Source: Capsulimonadaceae bacterium (GTDB lineage: Bacteria > Armatimonadota > Armatimonadia > Armatimonadales > Capsulimonadaceae). Taken from it: a DNA stretch of 64,000 bases. Both the position numbers and the translations under genes were made by a program. Position 1 is the stretch's first letter. The number at the start of each line of letters is the position of its first letter. The notes beneath the pieces were generated by a model, which saw only the letters and a program-made list of their open reading frames with translations, had not been told where the DNA came from and searched no databases. Shown one piece after another: positions 50,816 to 59,931 of this stretch. The stretch spans positions 5,792,001 through 5,856,000 of the forward strand of contig OZ244065.1 of the NCBI GenBank assembly GCA_965215505.1. Direction: 5' to 3'.

Positions 50816-51114
50816 TTGCCGCGCTCGATGTAATCGCAGACGCGGCGGTAGGACGTGGTCAGGTAATCCGACATCAGCAGCTCACGGCTGCCCTCGTAGT
50901 ACCACTTCGTCCGCTCGCCCAGGTTCTCGTCGGGATCGCCGATCTGATAGGTCGCGATCTCGCGCGGCAGGGCGTAGGCGCGGCCCGTTGCCTGATCCAC
51001 GGCTTTGAAGGCCGTCTTGAAGATGTGGTCCTTGTCCTTGAAGTTTTCGTCCCAGGTCATCGTGACCTCGTAGTCGCGCCCGTCAACGCAGTGGTATCGG
51101 CTTTTCTTTTCCAT
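50812..51114 (-). CDS. Hypothetical protein (100 aa)
   Basis: GC3-biased codon usage, AGGA RBS, follows the CoA-binding gene. Confidence 0.65.
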   Translation of the reverse strand: MEKKSRYHCVDGRDYEVTMTWDENFKDKDHIFKTAFKAVDQATGRAYALPREIATYQIGDPDENLGERTKWYYEGSRELLMSDYLTTSYRRVCDYIERGK

Positions 51115-51123
51115 AATGTCCTA

Positions 51124-51528
51124 CTAGTTTTGAAACTTTGCGGTCCGCAGCAGCACCATGATGCAGGGGCCGCCGGAGACGACCTGGATGCCGCTCGCGT
51201 GGCAGGCCGCGACCGCCGCTTCCGACTCCGCGCCGGGCTGCATCCAGACCTTCGTGATGCCGAGCCGGGCGCACTCCGCCACGGCGGCCTCGGTCACGGG
51301 CGGCGGGACGACCATGACTGCGGCCTGGGGCGTCTGCGGCAGGTCTGAGAGGCTGGGCCAGCACGGGTCGCCGTCCACTTCGGTCGCCCTCGGGTTGACG
51401 GCCAACGCCGTCTTGCCGGCGGCTTTGAGCGAGCGGTAGACGAGGCAGCCGTACTTGTCCGGGTCGCGGGACGCGCCCACCACGGCGAACAAGTCCGCCG
51501 CCAGGATGGCCTGTATTTCGGGTGTCAT
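51124..51528 (-). CDS. CoA-binding protein (YccU-like)
   Basis: AVVGAS, VNP, VWMQPGAE and PCIMV motifs. Confidence 0.88.
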   Translation of the reverse strand: MTPEIQAILAADLFAVVGASRDPDKYGCLVYRSLKAAGKTALAVNPRATEVDGDPCWPSLSDLPQTPQAAVMVVPPPVTEAAVAECARLGITKVWMQPGAESEAAVAACHASGIQVVSGGPCIMVLLRTAKFQN

Positions 51529-51623
51529 GGGTTTGGTCGCTCGCCGGCGGAACTGAAAGTGCTGCCTTGATGGTATCCTTTTTGGGGGGATGTTGTCAAC
51601 CCCTCTTCTTTAGGAGTATCCCA

Positions 51624-52166
51624 ATGCATTCGCCTCGCCCCTTTGTTGCCCTTGCCGCGCTCTCGCTGGCCTGGGCCGTCCCCGCCGCCGCCCAGCAGAT
51701 GATGACCGCCCCGCCGCCCCCGCTGCCTGCGGGGACGCGCGCCCCGGCCTTCACGACCAAGACATTGGCGGGCAAGCCGCTTTCCCTGCGCGACCTGCGG
51801 GGGAAGGTGGTCCTGCTGGACTACTGGGCGACCTGGTGCGGGCCGTGCCGCATGGCGACCCCGACCCTGCGCGGCTTGCAGCAGAAGTTCCACGGCCGGG
51901 GCTTCAGCGTGGTCGGCATGAGCATGGACCAGGCCGACACGCTGGCCCAGGTGAAGCCGTTCGTCAAGGCCATGCACATCACCTACCCCGTCACCGTCGG
52001 CCTCGCCGCCAACAACCGCGCGCAGGCCGCTTATCACGCGGACGCGCTCCCCTCGCAGTATCTGATTGACAAGAAGGGCGTCGTCCGCTGGAGCCAGGCG
52101 GGTTACTCGGTGGACGAAGGCAAAGAGCTGGACGGGATGATCCAAAGGCTGCTGGCGGAGCGGTGA
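51624..52166 (+). CDS. TlpA-family thiol-disulfide oxidoreductase
   Basis: Signal peptide, LDYWATWCGPC and LPSQYLID; AGGAG RBS. Confidence 0.9.
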   Translation: MHSPRPFVALAALSLAWAVPAAAQQMMTAPPPPLPAGTRAPAFTTKTLAGKPLSLRDLRGKVVLLDYWATWCGPCRMATPTLRGLQQKFHGRGFSVVGMSMDQADTLAQVKPFVKAMHITYPVTVGLAANNRAQAAYHADALPSQYLIDKKGVVRWSQAGYSVDEGKELDGMIQRLLAER

Positions 52167-52177
52167 GTGGGGGGCGT

Positions 52178-52350
52178 TTTCCACGGGGCTGAACCCCCGT
52201 GCTTTGATAGAGCAAGCCCCCGCCTTCGCGGGCGAGGATACGCAACAGCCAAGACCGGAGAAAGAGGGCGCGATGAATCGCGCCCCTACTCGGATGCCCG
52301 CGGAGGTGGGGAGTCGCAAGGCTAAAGCACGGGGGGGCAGCCCCGTGAAA
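52178..52350. repeat. Nested palindromic REPIN-like element 4 (same family as element 2)
   Basis: CACGGGGCTGAACCCCCGTGCTTT...AAAGCACGGGGGGGCAGCCCCGTG, central GGGCGCGATGAATCGCGCCCCTAC. Confidence 0.8.
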
Positions 52351-52383
52351 ACAGAGAGGGCACCGGCATCACTGCCGATGCCC
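52348..52383 (-). terminator. Intrinsic terminator of the YncE-like gene
   Basis: Minus-strand GGGCATCGGCA-GTGA-TGCCGGTGCCC followed by TCTCTGTTTT. Confidence 0.6.
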
Positions 52384-52408
52384 GCTGTTGTTTTAACCGT
52401 GAAGCCGG

Positions 52409-53491
52409 CTAGGGTGCGAAGTCCAGTACCACATAGGAGCCGGGCACGACGCCCCGGCGGCCACGGCGTGGCGGCGCTGCCCCGGCGGCGGGCGCGGCGG
52501 CGTCGGCGGGCGGCGCGGGCTGCTCCGTCGCCGTCATCAGATAGACGTGGTGCGTCTTCGGGTCCAGCGCCATCGTGCGCGCGCCGGCTTGGGTGGGGAC
52601 CGTCGCCACCACCTTGAACAGATTTGCCCCAGTCTCCTGGACCACGTTCAGCGTGCCGTCCTCGCCGTTGGGGCTGAAGGCAACGCCCAGGGACGGATCA
52701 AAGGCGCTGGCGTCGGGGCCGTTGCCGATGGGCAGCGTCGTGACGATCTTTCCCGTGTCGGCGTCCAGCACCGTCATCTTCTGGTTGCTGCACACCGAGA
52801 AGACGCGCCTGGTCTTCGGGTCCATCGAGATGCCCGAAGGGCCGTCGCCCGGCGCGATGGACCAGGAGTTCTCCACCTTGAGCGTCTTGGCGTTGATCGC
52901 CGCCACCTCGCTCTTGTCCTCGATGTTGTTGTAGATCATGCCCTTGCCGTCCGCGACGGCGTACTCGGGGCGGCCCGGCAGCGTGACCGTGCCCAGCACC
53001 TTGCCCGTCGCCCCGTCAATGGCGGTCGCGTCGTTGCTGCCGCCGTTGAAGGTGAAGACGCGCTCGGTGGCCGGCTCGAAGATGATGCAGTCCGGGTTGG
53101 TGCCGACGGGAACCTCGGCGACCTTGGCGAGCGTCTTGAGGTCGAAGATGGTGACGGTGTTCGCGCGGCCGTTGGAGGTGAACCCGTGCCCAGACTTGGG
53201 ATCAATGGCGATGCCGTGGACGCCGGACGTGTTCGGGACGTCGCCTACGACCGTTCCCGTGGTCAGGTCCACCACGTTGACGTGGTTGGAGCGGCTGACG
53301 TAGAGCCGCTTGGCCGCGCTGTCGAGCGAGAGGTAGTCCCAGCGTCCGTCCCCGGTCAGGGTGATCTTGCGGGCGAGGTGATAAGAAGGGGCGGCTGCCG
53401 GGGCGGCGAGCAGGGGGGCTGCCGCGCCCGCCAGGAGCGCGCCGCCGGCCAGCAGCGCCGCCGGTGGCGCGTGGTGGAAAAATGTTTTCAT
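52409..53491 (-). CDS. YncE/YVTN-family secreted beta-propeller protein
   Basis: Signal peptide, GRWDYL, HGIA, repeated VGTNPD/IGNGPD blades, GARTMALDP. Confidence 0.85.
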   Translation of the reverse strand: MKTFFHHAPPAALLAGGALLAGAAAPLLAAPAAAPSYHLARKITLTGDGRWDYLSLDSAAKRLYVSRSNHVNVVDLTTGTVVGDVPNTSGVHGIAIDPKSGHGFTSNGRANTVTIFDLKTLAKVAEVPVGTNPDCIIFEPATERVFTFNGGSNDATAIDGATGKVLGTVTLPGRPEYAVADGKGMIYNNIEDKSEVAAINAKTLKVENSWSIAPGDGPSGISMDPKTRRVFSVCSNQKMTVLDADTGKIVTTLPIGNGPDASAFDPSLGVAFSPNGEDGTLNVVQETGANLFKVVATVPTQAGARTMALDPKTHHVYLMTATEQPAPPADAAAPAAGAAPPRRGRRGVVPGSYVVLDFAP

Positions 53492-53599
53492 AAAGGGTGG
53501 GCCTTTCAAAAGCGTGTCATGACCGACACCGTGATTATGACAGGCCCAGATTAGAATGGCATGAAACCCGCGCCAGGCGGCGTGAGGGTCCGGCAGAGG

Positions 53600-53959
53600 T
53601 CAGCGGGTCGGGTCATCCAAATGCCGTGGCAGCTTCGTCAGGGCAAAGGCCGACGGGTCGGTGTCGCTCGCGACTCGGTTGTAAGCCTGGACTGCTTCCT
53701 GGGTGAGCCTCCAGCATTCCGGCGTGAAGGGCGGCCGGCCCTCGGCCAGACGGCGCTGGTAGAGGCGATACTCGGCCTGGAGGTACACCGTCATGGACTT
53801 GTTGCAGTTGGCCGGCTTCGGCTGGGGGCCGTCCCTGAAAACAACCTCTTGGGGGATGCGTGGCCCGCTCCGGTGGGACTGGAAGGCCATGCCCAGCAGA
53901 AGCATACCGAGCGCGACCGGCACGAACAGCGCCGAGAGGGTGGGGAGGCTCGGGCGCAT
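53600..53959 (-). CDS. Hypothetical exported or membrane-anchored protein
   Basis: N-terminal hydrophobic helix and two Cys. Start uncertain. Confidence 0.45.
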   Translation of the reverse strand: MRPSLPTLSALFVPVALGMLLLGMAFQSHRSGPRIPQEVVFRDGPQPKPANCNKSMTVYLQAEYRLYQRRLAEGRPPFTPECWRLTQEAVQAYNRVASDTDPSAFALTKLPRHLDDPTR

Positions 53960-54064
53960 GATGTTTCGAGGTGTCATGCTTAGATTGACCCGCGATTGGC
54001 GAATTAGTTGCATTCCGACCGGGAGTGTACGCCGCCCTCGAGCCTCCTACCGCTAGTGCCGCCC

Positions 54065-54093
54065 TTGACAATCGGCCCCAAGTCTTGTATACT
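54065..54093 (+). promoter_or_regulatory. Near-consensus sigma70 promoter of murA-mreB
   Basis: TTGACA-N17-TATACT. Confidence 0.75.
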
Positions 54094-54200
54094 AGGACGA
54101 ACCCATCGTTACTGACTAGATATTGACCGGTGATCGCCCCCATAACCCCTGCCCGAAATGAATCACCGGCGACACGCGCCCCGAGCAGGAGGACCCGCAT

Positions 54201-55544
54201 TTGCAGAAGATAGAAACCGTCGGCGGACGACGCCTGGAGGGCGAAGTGTGCCTGAGCGGCAGCAAGAACGCCACCGTCGCCATCCTCGCCGCCGCCCTGC
54301 TGCCGGCAACCGGCCAGACTGTACTGAAGAACGTCCCCCGCATCAGCGATGTCCTGACACTGCTGGACATCTTGAAGTACCTCGGCGTCGGCGTTGACTT
54401 CACCGATAACGTCGTCACCCTCGACTCCACCGCCCTCGCAACCTCCGAAGCCCCCTACGAACTCATCCGCAAGATGCGCGCCTCGTTCCTCGTGCTGGGG
54501 CCGCTGCTGGCCCGCTTCGGCACGGCGCGCGTCGCCCTGCCCGGCGGCTGCGACATCGGCGCGCGCCCCGTGGACTACCACGTCAAGGGCCTGGAGCGGC
54601 TCGGCGCGCGGACGACGGTCGAACACGGGAACGTCGAGGCGGTCATCCCGCACGGCCTGCACGGGGCGGACATCTACCTGGACCGCAGCAGCGTCGGAGC
54701 GACCACGCACCTGATGACGGCCGCCGCCCTGGCGGAAGGGGTGACGACCATCTCCAACGCCGCCCAGGAGCCGGACGTCGTGGCGACCGCCGACCTCATC
54801 AACCTGATGGGCGGCCGGGTGCGCGGGGCGGGGACGAAAGAGATCACCATCGAGGGCGTGAAGTCGCTGCACGGCGCGGAATACACCATGCAGACCGACC
54901 GCATCGAGGCGGGGACTTTTGCCGTCGCCGCCGCCATCACGCGCGGCGACCTGTTCATTCGGGGCGCGGTGGAAGAACATGTCCAGCCGATCATGCGAAA
55001 ACTGGCCGAGGCGGGCGCGGCCGTAAACTACAACGACGACGGCGTGCGCGTCCGGGTGGCGGCGAACCAAGTCCTGAACGCCATCCGTATCACTTCCAGC
55101 CCGTACCCAGGTTTTCCGACCGACATGCAGCCGCAGTTCGCCGCCATGCTGACCATGGCGAAGGGGACCTCGACGATCACCGAGACGCTCTTCGAGCGGC
55201 GCTTCAAGTACATTGACGAACTGGCGCGCATGGGTGCCAACATCAAGACCGAGGCCAATGCGGCGATCATCGAGGGCGTCACGCGCCTGACGAGCGCCCC
55301 GGTCGCCGGGTCGGATTTGCGGGCGACGGCGGCCCTCGTCCTCGCCGGGCTGGCGACGGAGGGGCGGACGGAGATCACCGGCATCCAGTTCCTGGACCGC
55401 GGCTACGAGGGCTTTGAAGCGAAACTGCGGGCCGTGGGCGCGCAGATCGAGCGCACCGGTGACGTGAGCGGGGCCGTCGGCAAGGGCCACCCCGGCAACG
55501 GCACCGGGGCGGCCAAGCGGCTGGCGACGGGGGCGGCCTCCTGA
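54201..55544 (+). CDS. murA: UDP-N-acetylglucosamine 1-carboxyvinyltransferase
   Basis: SGSKNA, MRAS, LPGGCDIGARP, PGFPTDMQ and DLRA motifs; TTG start after AGGAGG. Confidence 0.96.
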   Translation: MQKIETVGGRRLEGEVCLSGSKNATVAILAAALLPATGQTVLKNVPRISDVLTLLDILKYLGVGVDFTDNVVTLDSTALATSEAPYELIRKMRASFLVLGPLLARFGTARVALPGGCDIGARPVDYHVKGLERLGARTTVEHGNVEAVIPHGLHGADIYLDRSSVGATTHLMTAAALAEGVTTISNAAQEPDVVATADLINLMGGRVRGAGTKEITIEGVKSLHGAEYTMQTDRIEAGTFAVAAAITRGDLFIRGAVEEHVQPIMRKLAEAGAAVNYNDDGVRVRVAANQVLNAIRITSSPYPGFPTDMQPQFAAMLTMAKGTSTITETLFERRFKYIDELARMGANIKTEANAAIIEGVTRLTSAPVAGSDLRATAALVLAGLATEGRTEITGIQFLDRGYEGFEAKLRAVGAQIERTGDVSGAVGKGHPGNGTGAAKRLATGAAS

Positions 55545-56554
55545 TGCGTTTCAGCCAGGACATCGGCATTGATCTGGGAACGGCCAACGTCCTGGTTTAT
55601 GTGCATGGTAAGGGAATCATCATGCGGGAGCCGTCCGTGGTGGCGATGGACGTCAACAGCCGGAAGGTCCGCGCGGTCGGCGAGAAGGCCCGCGAGATGC
55701 TGGGCCGCACCCCCGTCAACATCGTCGCCGTGCGCCCCATGACCGAGGGCGTCATCGCGGACTACACGACGACGCAAAGGATGCTGGAACACATCCTGCA
55801 CAAAGTCTGCGGCGTCAAGCGCCTCTTCAAGCCGCGCGTCCTGCTCGCCGTGCCCTCCGGCGTGACTTCGGTCGAGCAGCGGGCCGTCAAGCAGGCGGCT
55901 CTTGCGGCGGGCGCGGGCGAAGCCCTGACCATCGAGGAGCCGATGGCGGCGGCCATCGGGGCGGGCCTGCCGATCTCCTCGCCCGGCGGGAACATGGTGG
56001 TGGACATCGGCGGCGGGACTACCGACATCGCCGTGCTGTCGCTCGACGGCATCGTGCTGTCGCGCAGCCTGCGGATCGGCGGCATGAAGCTCGACGACGT
56101 CATCATCCGCCACATCCGCCAGGCCTACAACCTGCTGATCGGCGACCGGACGGCCGAGGAGATCAAGATCGCCATCGGCAGTGCGGTCGGGCAGCGTGAG
56201 GAGACGGCCATGGAGGTGCGCGGGCGCGATCTCCTCAGCGGCCTGCCCCAAACCGTCACCGTCACCTCAGAAGAGATCCGCGAGTGCATGGCCGAGCCGA
56301 TCAGCCAGATCGTCAGCCGGGTCAAGAACGTGCTGGAAAAGACGCCGCCCGAGCTGGCCTCGGACATCATCGAGCGCGGCATCGTCCTGACCGGCGGGAC
56401 CGCCCTGCTGCGCGGCCTGGACATCCTGATCGCCCAGACCGCGAACGTCCCCACCCGCGTCGCCGACGACCCCCTCTCCTGCGTCGCCCTGGGCACCGGC
56501 ATGGCTTTAGAGCAGCGGCGCGGCATCACCGAAGACCTGCTGGCGGCCGCCTGA
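55544..56554 (+). CDS. mreB: Rod shape-determining protein (MreB/Mbl)
   Basis: IDLGTAN, EEPMAAAIGAG, DIGGGTT and TPPELASD motifs. Confidence 0.93.
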   Translation: MRFSQDIGIDLGTANVLVYVHGKGIIMREPSVVAMDVNSRKVRAVGEKAREMLGRTPVNIVAVRPMTEGVIADYTTTQRMLEHILHKVCGVKRLFKPRVLLAVPSGVTSVEQRAVKQAALAAGAGEALTIEEPMAAAIGAGLPISSPGGNMVVDIGGGTTDIAVLSLDGIVLSRSLRIGGMKLDDVIIRHIRQAYNLLIGDRTAEEIKIAIGSAVGQREETAMEVRGRDLLSGLPQTVTVTSEEIRECMAEPISQIVSRVKNVLEKTPPELASDIIERGIVLTGGTALLRGLDILIAQTANVPTRVADDPLSCVALGTGMALEQRRGITEDLLAAA

Positions 56555-56562
56555 CGTCCCGC

Positions 56563-56598
56563 TGAAAAAGGGCGAACCTTGTGTTCGCCCTTTCTTCA
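56563..56598. terminator. Bidirectional intrinsic terminator
   Basis: AAAAAGGGCGAAC-CTTGT-GTTCGCCCTTTCTT between convergent genes. Confidence 0.8.
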
Positions 56599-56627
56599 TG
56601 TCTGCCCCTCTTTTATCGCCGTGGCTC

Positions 56628-58598
56628 TCACACCCCCGCCGTCTTGTCACCCGCCGCCTTCTCCGCCAGGTGCAGGACGATGGGCTGCTTGCGGAGGGTG
56701 ACGATCTTCTCGTGCTGGGCCTTGGCGGCGGCATAGTCGGCGGGCGCGATTAGGCCGGGGTGGGACGTGACCGTCAGCTTGACGGTCAACGTGTTGCCGA
56801 CCAATGTGACCGTCTCGTCGAAGGAGCCGAGGGCGGTCTTCTCGTGGATCTCGTCGGGCTTGTCTTCCAGGGTGTAGCCCGCCGGCAGGGTGATGATCTG
56901 GTCATCCTCGGCCTGGTCGGTGGCAGCCTGGTAGATCGGGAAGGTCCGGTCCGCCCGGTCGTAAGGGGCGCTTGTCATGTCCTGGCCGTTCAGGATGAGC
57001 AGGTGGCCGGTCTTGACCGCCCACAAGGGGGCATGGAACTTCAGGTCGAAGACGACCGGCTTATCGCGGTCCCCGGTGGGGCTGAGGGAATAGTCGGAGA
57101 GGGTGGCGTTGGGGCTGAAGTGGCTGACCATGTTCTGGAAGCCCGGCTTCACCTGCGCGTCCTGGAGGCCCCGGAAGGAGACCCGCGCGCCCAGGCCGCT
57201 GTCGCCGTCCAGGTGGATCGTCGTCCGGCAGTCCGCGCTGCCGTCGGCGTGCAGGTCCACGTTCGTGATGGTCGTCTGCCGGTTGTCTCCGGGCCCTCCG
57301 GTCGGGATCGTCTCGAACGTGCCCGTGCCGTCGCGGACCACGAAGGCGTCCACGCCCCGGTCGCCGCCGGGGATCTGGCCGAAGGGGCACATCTCCGCCG
57401 TCGAGTCGAACCAGTACGGCTTGCCGTCGATGTCGGCGCGCACGATGGCGTGGTTGAAGAAGTAGGGGGCGGCCAGCTTGTCATGCACCGGCTGGATGTT
57501 GCCCGCGCCCAGCAGGACCGGCCAGGCGGTCTTGATGCCCGCCTCGTGCAGCATGGTGACCAGCAGAGTCGCCATGTCCTTGCAGTCGCCGTACCGGTTG
57601 CGGCAGACTTCGCCGGCGGGGTGGGGCTGGAAGGCGGACAGGCCGAGTTCCAGGGCAACGTACCGGGTGCGGCCCTCGACCCAGTAGTAGATGGCCTTGG
57701 CCTTCTCGGTGTCGGTCGTCTTTCCCGCCGTCAAGGTCTTCACCGTGTCCCTGATCTCGGGCGAGACGGCCATCTGGCCCGCCGCCAGCCCCTGATACCA
57801 GTGCGAAATGCTCTGCCAGGAGGGGATCGTTGACATCTCCACGGTGGGCAGGAAGGTGGAGGCGGGCGGCATCATCGGCTCGGGCACGATGGGGGCCAGG
57901 TTCTCCATCTTCCAGACGTAGGTCTTGCGCGCGCCGTCCGCCGACGGGGTTTCGGTCGCGACCATGCCGGACGTGTTGTGCGGCAAAGTCTGGATCTTCA
58001 TGGAGGCGGGCGCGCTCAGGGTCATCTTGCTGAGGACGACCGGGTCCACGCCGTCGCGGAAGGTCCACTGCTCGCTGTACTGGCCGGGCAGGAAGGCCCG
58101 CGTCGTCGTCCGGGTGTAGACGTAGTCAATGATGACGCCGTCCTCGACGCCGGGCATGGAGACGCCGATGTCCTTGGCGTCGTCGTACATGGCGAATTCG
58201 GAAAACGGTGCGGTCTGGTGGATGTCCCCGCCGCTTGCCGTTAGGACCGTGCCGTCCGGCTTGATGGTGCGGGCGTGAAGATTGGTAATCTTCTCGTTCG
58301 AGGCGTTGAACGGGATGGACAGCTCGGCCTTCTCGTGGCCACGCTGGTTGAAGATTTTGAACGTCTCGTGCGTCACGTCCGTGCTGGTGCCGTCGGCGTT
58401 CAGCTTGGCGACGCTCTCGTCGCGCAGCGTGATGGCCGAGGCGTCCGGGAAAGCGGCCGCCGCCGGCGCGGACTTGACGAGCGCGGCGGCGGACACGTCG
58501 AAGGCCGGCGCGGGCGCGGGCAGGGCGGCCGGCGCGGCGTGGGCCGCGAGCAGACCGGCGACCGAGAGCGAAAACGCGAGAACAGGCCGATTAGGCAT
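56628..58598 (-). CDS. DUF3857 + transglutaminase-like domain exported protein
   Basis: Signal peptide; C-H-D triad in YGDCKD, FNHAI and WFDST. Confidence 0.85.
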   Translation of the reverse strand: MPNRPVLAFSLSVAGLLAAHAAPAALPAPAPAFDVSAAALVKSAPAAAAFPDASAITLRDESVAKLNADGTSTDVTHETFKIFNQRGHEKAELSIPFNASNEKITNLHARTIKPDGTVLTASGGDIHQTAPFSEFAMYDDAKDIGVSMPGVEDGVIIDYVYTRTTTRAFLPGQYSEQWTFRDGVDPVVLSKMTLSAPASMKIQTLPHNTSGMVATETPSADGARKTYVWKMENLAPIVPEPMMPPASTFLPTVEMSTIPSWQSISHWYQGLAAGQMAVSPEIRDTVKTLTAGKTTDTEKAKAIYYWVEGRTRYVALELGLSAFQPHPAGEVCRNRYGDCKDMATLLVTMLHEAGIKTAWPVLLGAGNIQPVHDKLAAPYFFNHAIVRADIDGKPYWFDSTAEMCPFGQIPGGDRGVDAFVVRDGTGTFETIPTGGPGDNRQTTITNVDLHADGSADCRTTIHLDGDSGLGARVSFRGLQDAQVKPGFQNMVSHFSPNATLSDYSLSPTGDRDKPVVFDLKFHAPLWAVKTGHLLILNGQDMTSAPYDRADRTFPIYQAATDQAEDDQIITLPAGYTLEDKPDEIHEKTALGSFDETVTLVGNTLTVKLTVTSHPGLIAPADYAAAKAQHEKIVTLRKQPIVLHLAEKAAGDKTAGV

Positions 58599-58688
58599 GG
58601 GAAGTCCTTTCGAGAAAAACCGCAGGGCTGCCTTGATATACGGTAGAATCCATGACGGTGTTACCAGGCCACGGCGACAGGTGCCCGG

Positions 58689-59264
58689 TCATAGACCGGG
58701 TGAAGGACGCTTGAGGCGCGTGAATAGTTCAATGAGCGTCGAGATGCTGGTTATGGCCACCAGGAGGATGAGGCCGAGCATGAGGGTAAGCATTCCCAGC
58801 GGGAGGACGTAATCAACGATCAGTCCACTCAGGACCCCCTGACTGCTGAGGACCTGGCGGCGGCAAAGGATTCTGTACAGGTAGGCCCCCGCCGTTATGA
58901 GAGTGACGAGCAAAAAGCCCATGCCGATGTAAAGGGTGCTTGAGTCGATCCCCCCCGTGTGGTGCATCCGCCGAAATGCCTCCCCCTTGCGGAGCCAGAC
59001 GATGCCACCGAGCGAGTTCAGCCCCGAACACACCAGCCCGATCAAAAACATCTTCGATAGGAGCTGCTGATGCGTCATGCAGAAATGCAGCCATACTGGT
59101 TGTGGGGCGGACGGCGATGTCGCTCTTACTGACGACATGATGGGGAACGAAAGGAGGAGAAAGATGATGAACGTGGCGGCCGGGACGATCAACAGCACCA
59201 AAGGGACCCACGCGCTCTTTGACCGTGGCCTGGGACTGCTTTGAGTCTGCCGTAGCTCCCGCAT
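58689..59264 (-). CDS. Hypothetical 4-TM membrane protein
   Basis: Four hydrophobic segments; GGGGAG RBS before ATG 59264. Confidence 0.55.
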   Translation of the reverse strand: MRELRQTQSSPRPRSKSAWVPLVLLIVPAATFIIFLLLSFPIMSSVRATSPSAPQPVWLHFCMTHQQLLSKMFLIGLVCSGLNSLGGIVWLRKGEAFRRMHHTGGIDSSTLYIGMGFLLVTLITAGAYLYRILCRRQVLSSQGVLSGLIVDYVLPLGMLTLMLGLILLVAITSISTLIELFTRLKRPSPGL

Positions 59265-59280
59265 GATCTGCTTCTCCCCG

Positions 59281-59636
59281 CTAATCAGGCCGGCGCGGCG
59301 ACGGTGGCCATACGCCCTGCTGCTCTTCATCCGTTCCGAAGCCGAGCGCCTCGGCAGACTTGATCTCCCGCTTGTAGCGGCTGTAGCGGCCATACCTCCA
59401 CACGAGGGCGAGACAGGAAGCCGCCAGGGCTGCAAACGGCTCCAGCCGCGTCACGTTCCAGACATTCCAGCCGGAAGCGTGGAAGTCGTCGGCACAAATG
59501 ATGGCAAACGCACACCCCGCAGCGCTAAAACTGATGGTGAATAGGATCAACGATCCGAGATCGCCGTCCCTCGGAGACAGTCGCCGTATTTTTTCCCTTC
59601 AACGATCAGGGGCCTGTTATCATGTCGCCTTGCCAT
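59281..59636 (-). pseudogene. Small membrane-protein gene interrupted by a frameshift in an A6 run
   Basis: MARRHDNRPLIVEGKK (ATG 59636) would join IRRLSPRDGDLGSLILFTISF... if one A were added at 59589-59594. Confidence 0.4.
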
Positions 59637-59687
59637 AGTCAGGTCCCATTAGCCCTTTGGCGGAGGTTTCACGACGGAGCGCAAGGA

Positions 59688-59843
59688 CTAGAGGACCAGC
59701 CCGGTCCAGCCGACAGCCATGACGTACTCGTACCATCCTGGTGCGCTCTTGCCGCGCAGGTGCATCCCGAGAGCATCCGCGATGCTGATCAAGGCCACAA
59801 TGGTGACGGCGATGGACGACAGCAGTTGTTCACGCGGCTTCAT
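59688..59843 (-). CDS. Small 2-TM hypothetical protein (51 aa, possibly truncated by TAG)
   Basis: MKPREQLLSSIAVTIVALISIADALG...WYEYVMAVGWTGLVL*; below the ORF-track size cutoff. Confidence 0.35.
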   Translation of the reverse strand: MKPREQLLSSIAVTIVALISIADALGMHLRGKSAPGWYEYVMAVGWTGLVL

Positions 59844-59931
59844 GCATCAACCCCCCTGTCCGCCGCAGGCGACCCATGGACGCGCAGGCACGGCGCGTAC
59901 CGCCATCGGTGGTCTCACGCCCGGTGCCTCA

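Noticed and set aside
59688-59690. TAG read-through as pyrrolysine
   Set aside because: There are no pyl genes in the window and no supporting context; a true or premature stop is simpler.
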